Assembly: GCA_036499725.1 (NCBI GenBank) | Contig: DASYDE010000107.1 | Coordinates: forward strand, 22,095-86,094 | Length of the DNA stretch: 64,000 bases | Reading direction: 5' to 3' | Source: Kofleriaceae bacterium | GTDB taxonomy: Bacteria; Myxococcota_A; Polyangia; Haliangiales; Haliangiaceae | Shown here: positions 63,704 to 64,000 of the stretch, piece after piece | Layout of the letters: each line of letters starts with the position of its first letter | Numbering within the stretch: position 1 is the stretch's first letter | The notes under the pieces: model-generated | Seen by the model: only the letters and a program-made list of their open reading frames with translations | What the model was told of the DNA's origin: nothing | Databases searched by the model: none | Program-made: the position numbers and the translations under genes

Positions 63704-64000
63704 ATGCGCCTCTCTTTCGTGATTCCCACGCGGAACCAGGCGCGCTTCATTCGGCAGTGCATCGACGGGTGCTTCGATCAGAACGTCGACGACGCGGAGG
63801 TCGTGGTGGTCGACGGAGCATCCACGGACGACACCCGTGATGTCCTCGCGAGCTACGGCGATTGCGTCCGCTGGATCTCGGAGCCCGACCGCGGCCAGTC
63901 CGACGCGATCAACAAGGGCGTCCGCATGGCGACGGGCGACGTGATCGCGTGGATCAACTCCGACGACTACTACGCGAGCCCGACCGCTCTGCGAGCATTG
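63704..64000 (+). CDS. GT2 glycosyltransferase (N-terminal 99 aa; 3' end outside window)
   Basis: ATG 63704, MRLSFVIPTRNQARFIRQCIDGCFDQ...VVVVDGASTDDT...WINSDDYY (DxD-type). The frame is open to the window edge. Not in the ORF track because it has no stop. Confidence 0.8.
   Translation, partial: MRLSFVIPTRNQARFIRQCIDGCFDQNVDDAEVVVVDGASTDDTRDVLASYGDCVRWISEPDRGQSDAINKGVRMATGDVIAWINSDDYYASPTALRAL

Overview
High-GC, very gene-dense bacterial chromosome segment (roughly two-thirds G+C by eye, not computed). I model 56 CDS, 2 of them truncated by the window edges. I see no rRNA, tRNA, CRISPR array, transposase or integrase. The content (FHA, PEGA and degenerate PilZ-like domains, an RRM/glycine-rich RNA-binding protein, many lipoproteins, three ECF-type sigma factors, an FGE-sulfatase domain) suggests Myxococcota; that is inference only. 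All family calls come from motifs read by eye, with no searches run. The ORF track opens at the first ATG/GTG/TTG, so many starts are over-extended. I re-set them using signal peptides, neighbouring stops and 4-nt GTGA/ATGA overlaps.

Layout:
- 0.3-5.4 kb: cNMP-binding-like protein, an Omp85-family barrel coupled to a kinase-like lipoprotein, and a PAP2 phosphatase.
- 5.5-13.7 kb: tandem EamA transporters, a TPR lipoprotein, a cysH-cysC-sirC-like-cobA operon and an MFS transporter.
- 13.7-26.4 kb: envelope and signalling genes (FGE-like, OPT transporter, FHA/Spo0M-like protein, ER/K-rich lipoprotein, 1103-aa PEGA protein, RRM protein).
- 26.7-37.6 kb: an ECF sigma/anti-sigma pair, then a six-gene minus-strand operon headed by a second Omp85 barrel.
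- 37.6-44.2 kb: a YbjN-like protein and a lipoprotein, then a Cys-rich ECF sigma with two Ig-like lipoprotein paralogs, and adenosine deaminase.
- 44.2-64 kb (the most unusual part): a glycan locus with seven polytopic GT-C-like membrane proteins in two paralog families. It also holds three polyprenyl-phosphate-type GT2 enzymes (plus a fourth GT2 fragment at the window edge), a flippase, a DUF2304 protein and a fused glutamine-amidotransferase/WbpG-like enzyme. A hipBA cassette interrupts it, and a second toxin-antitoxin-like pair flanks it.
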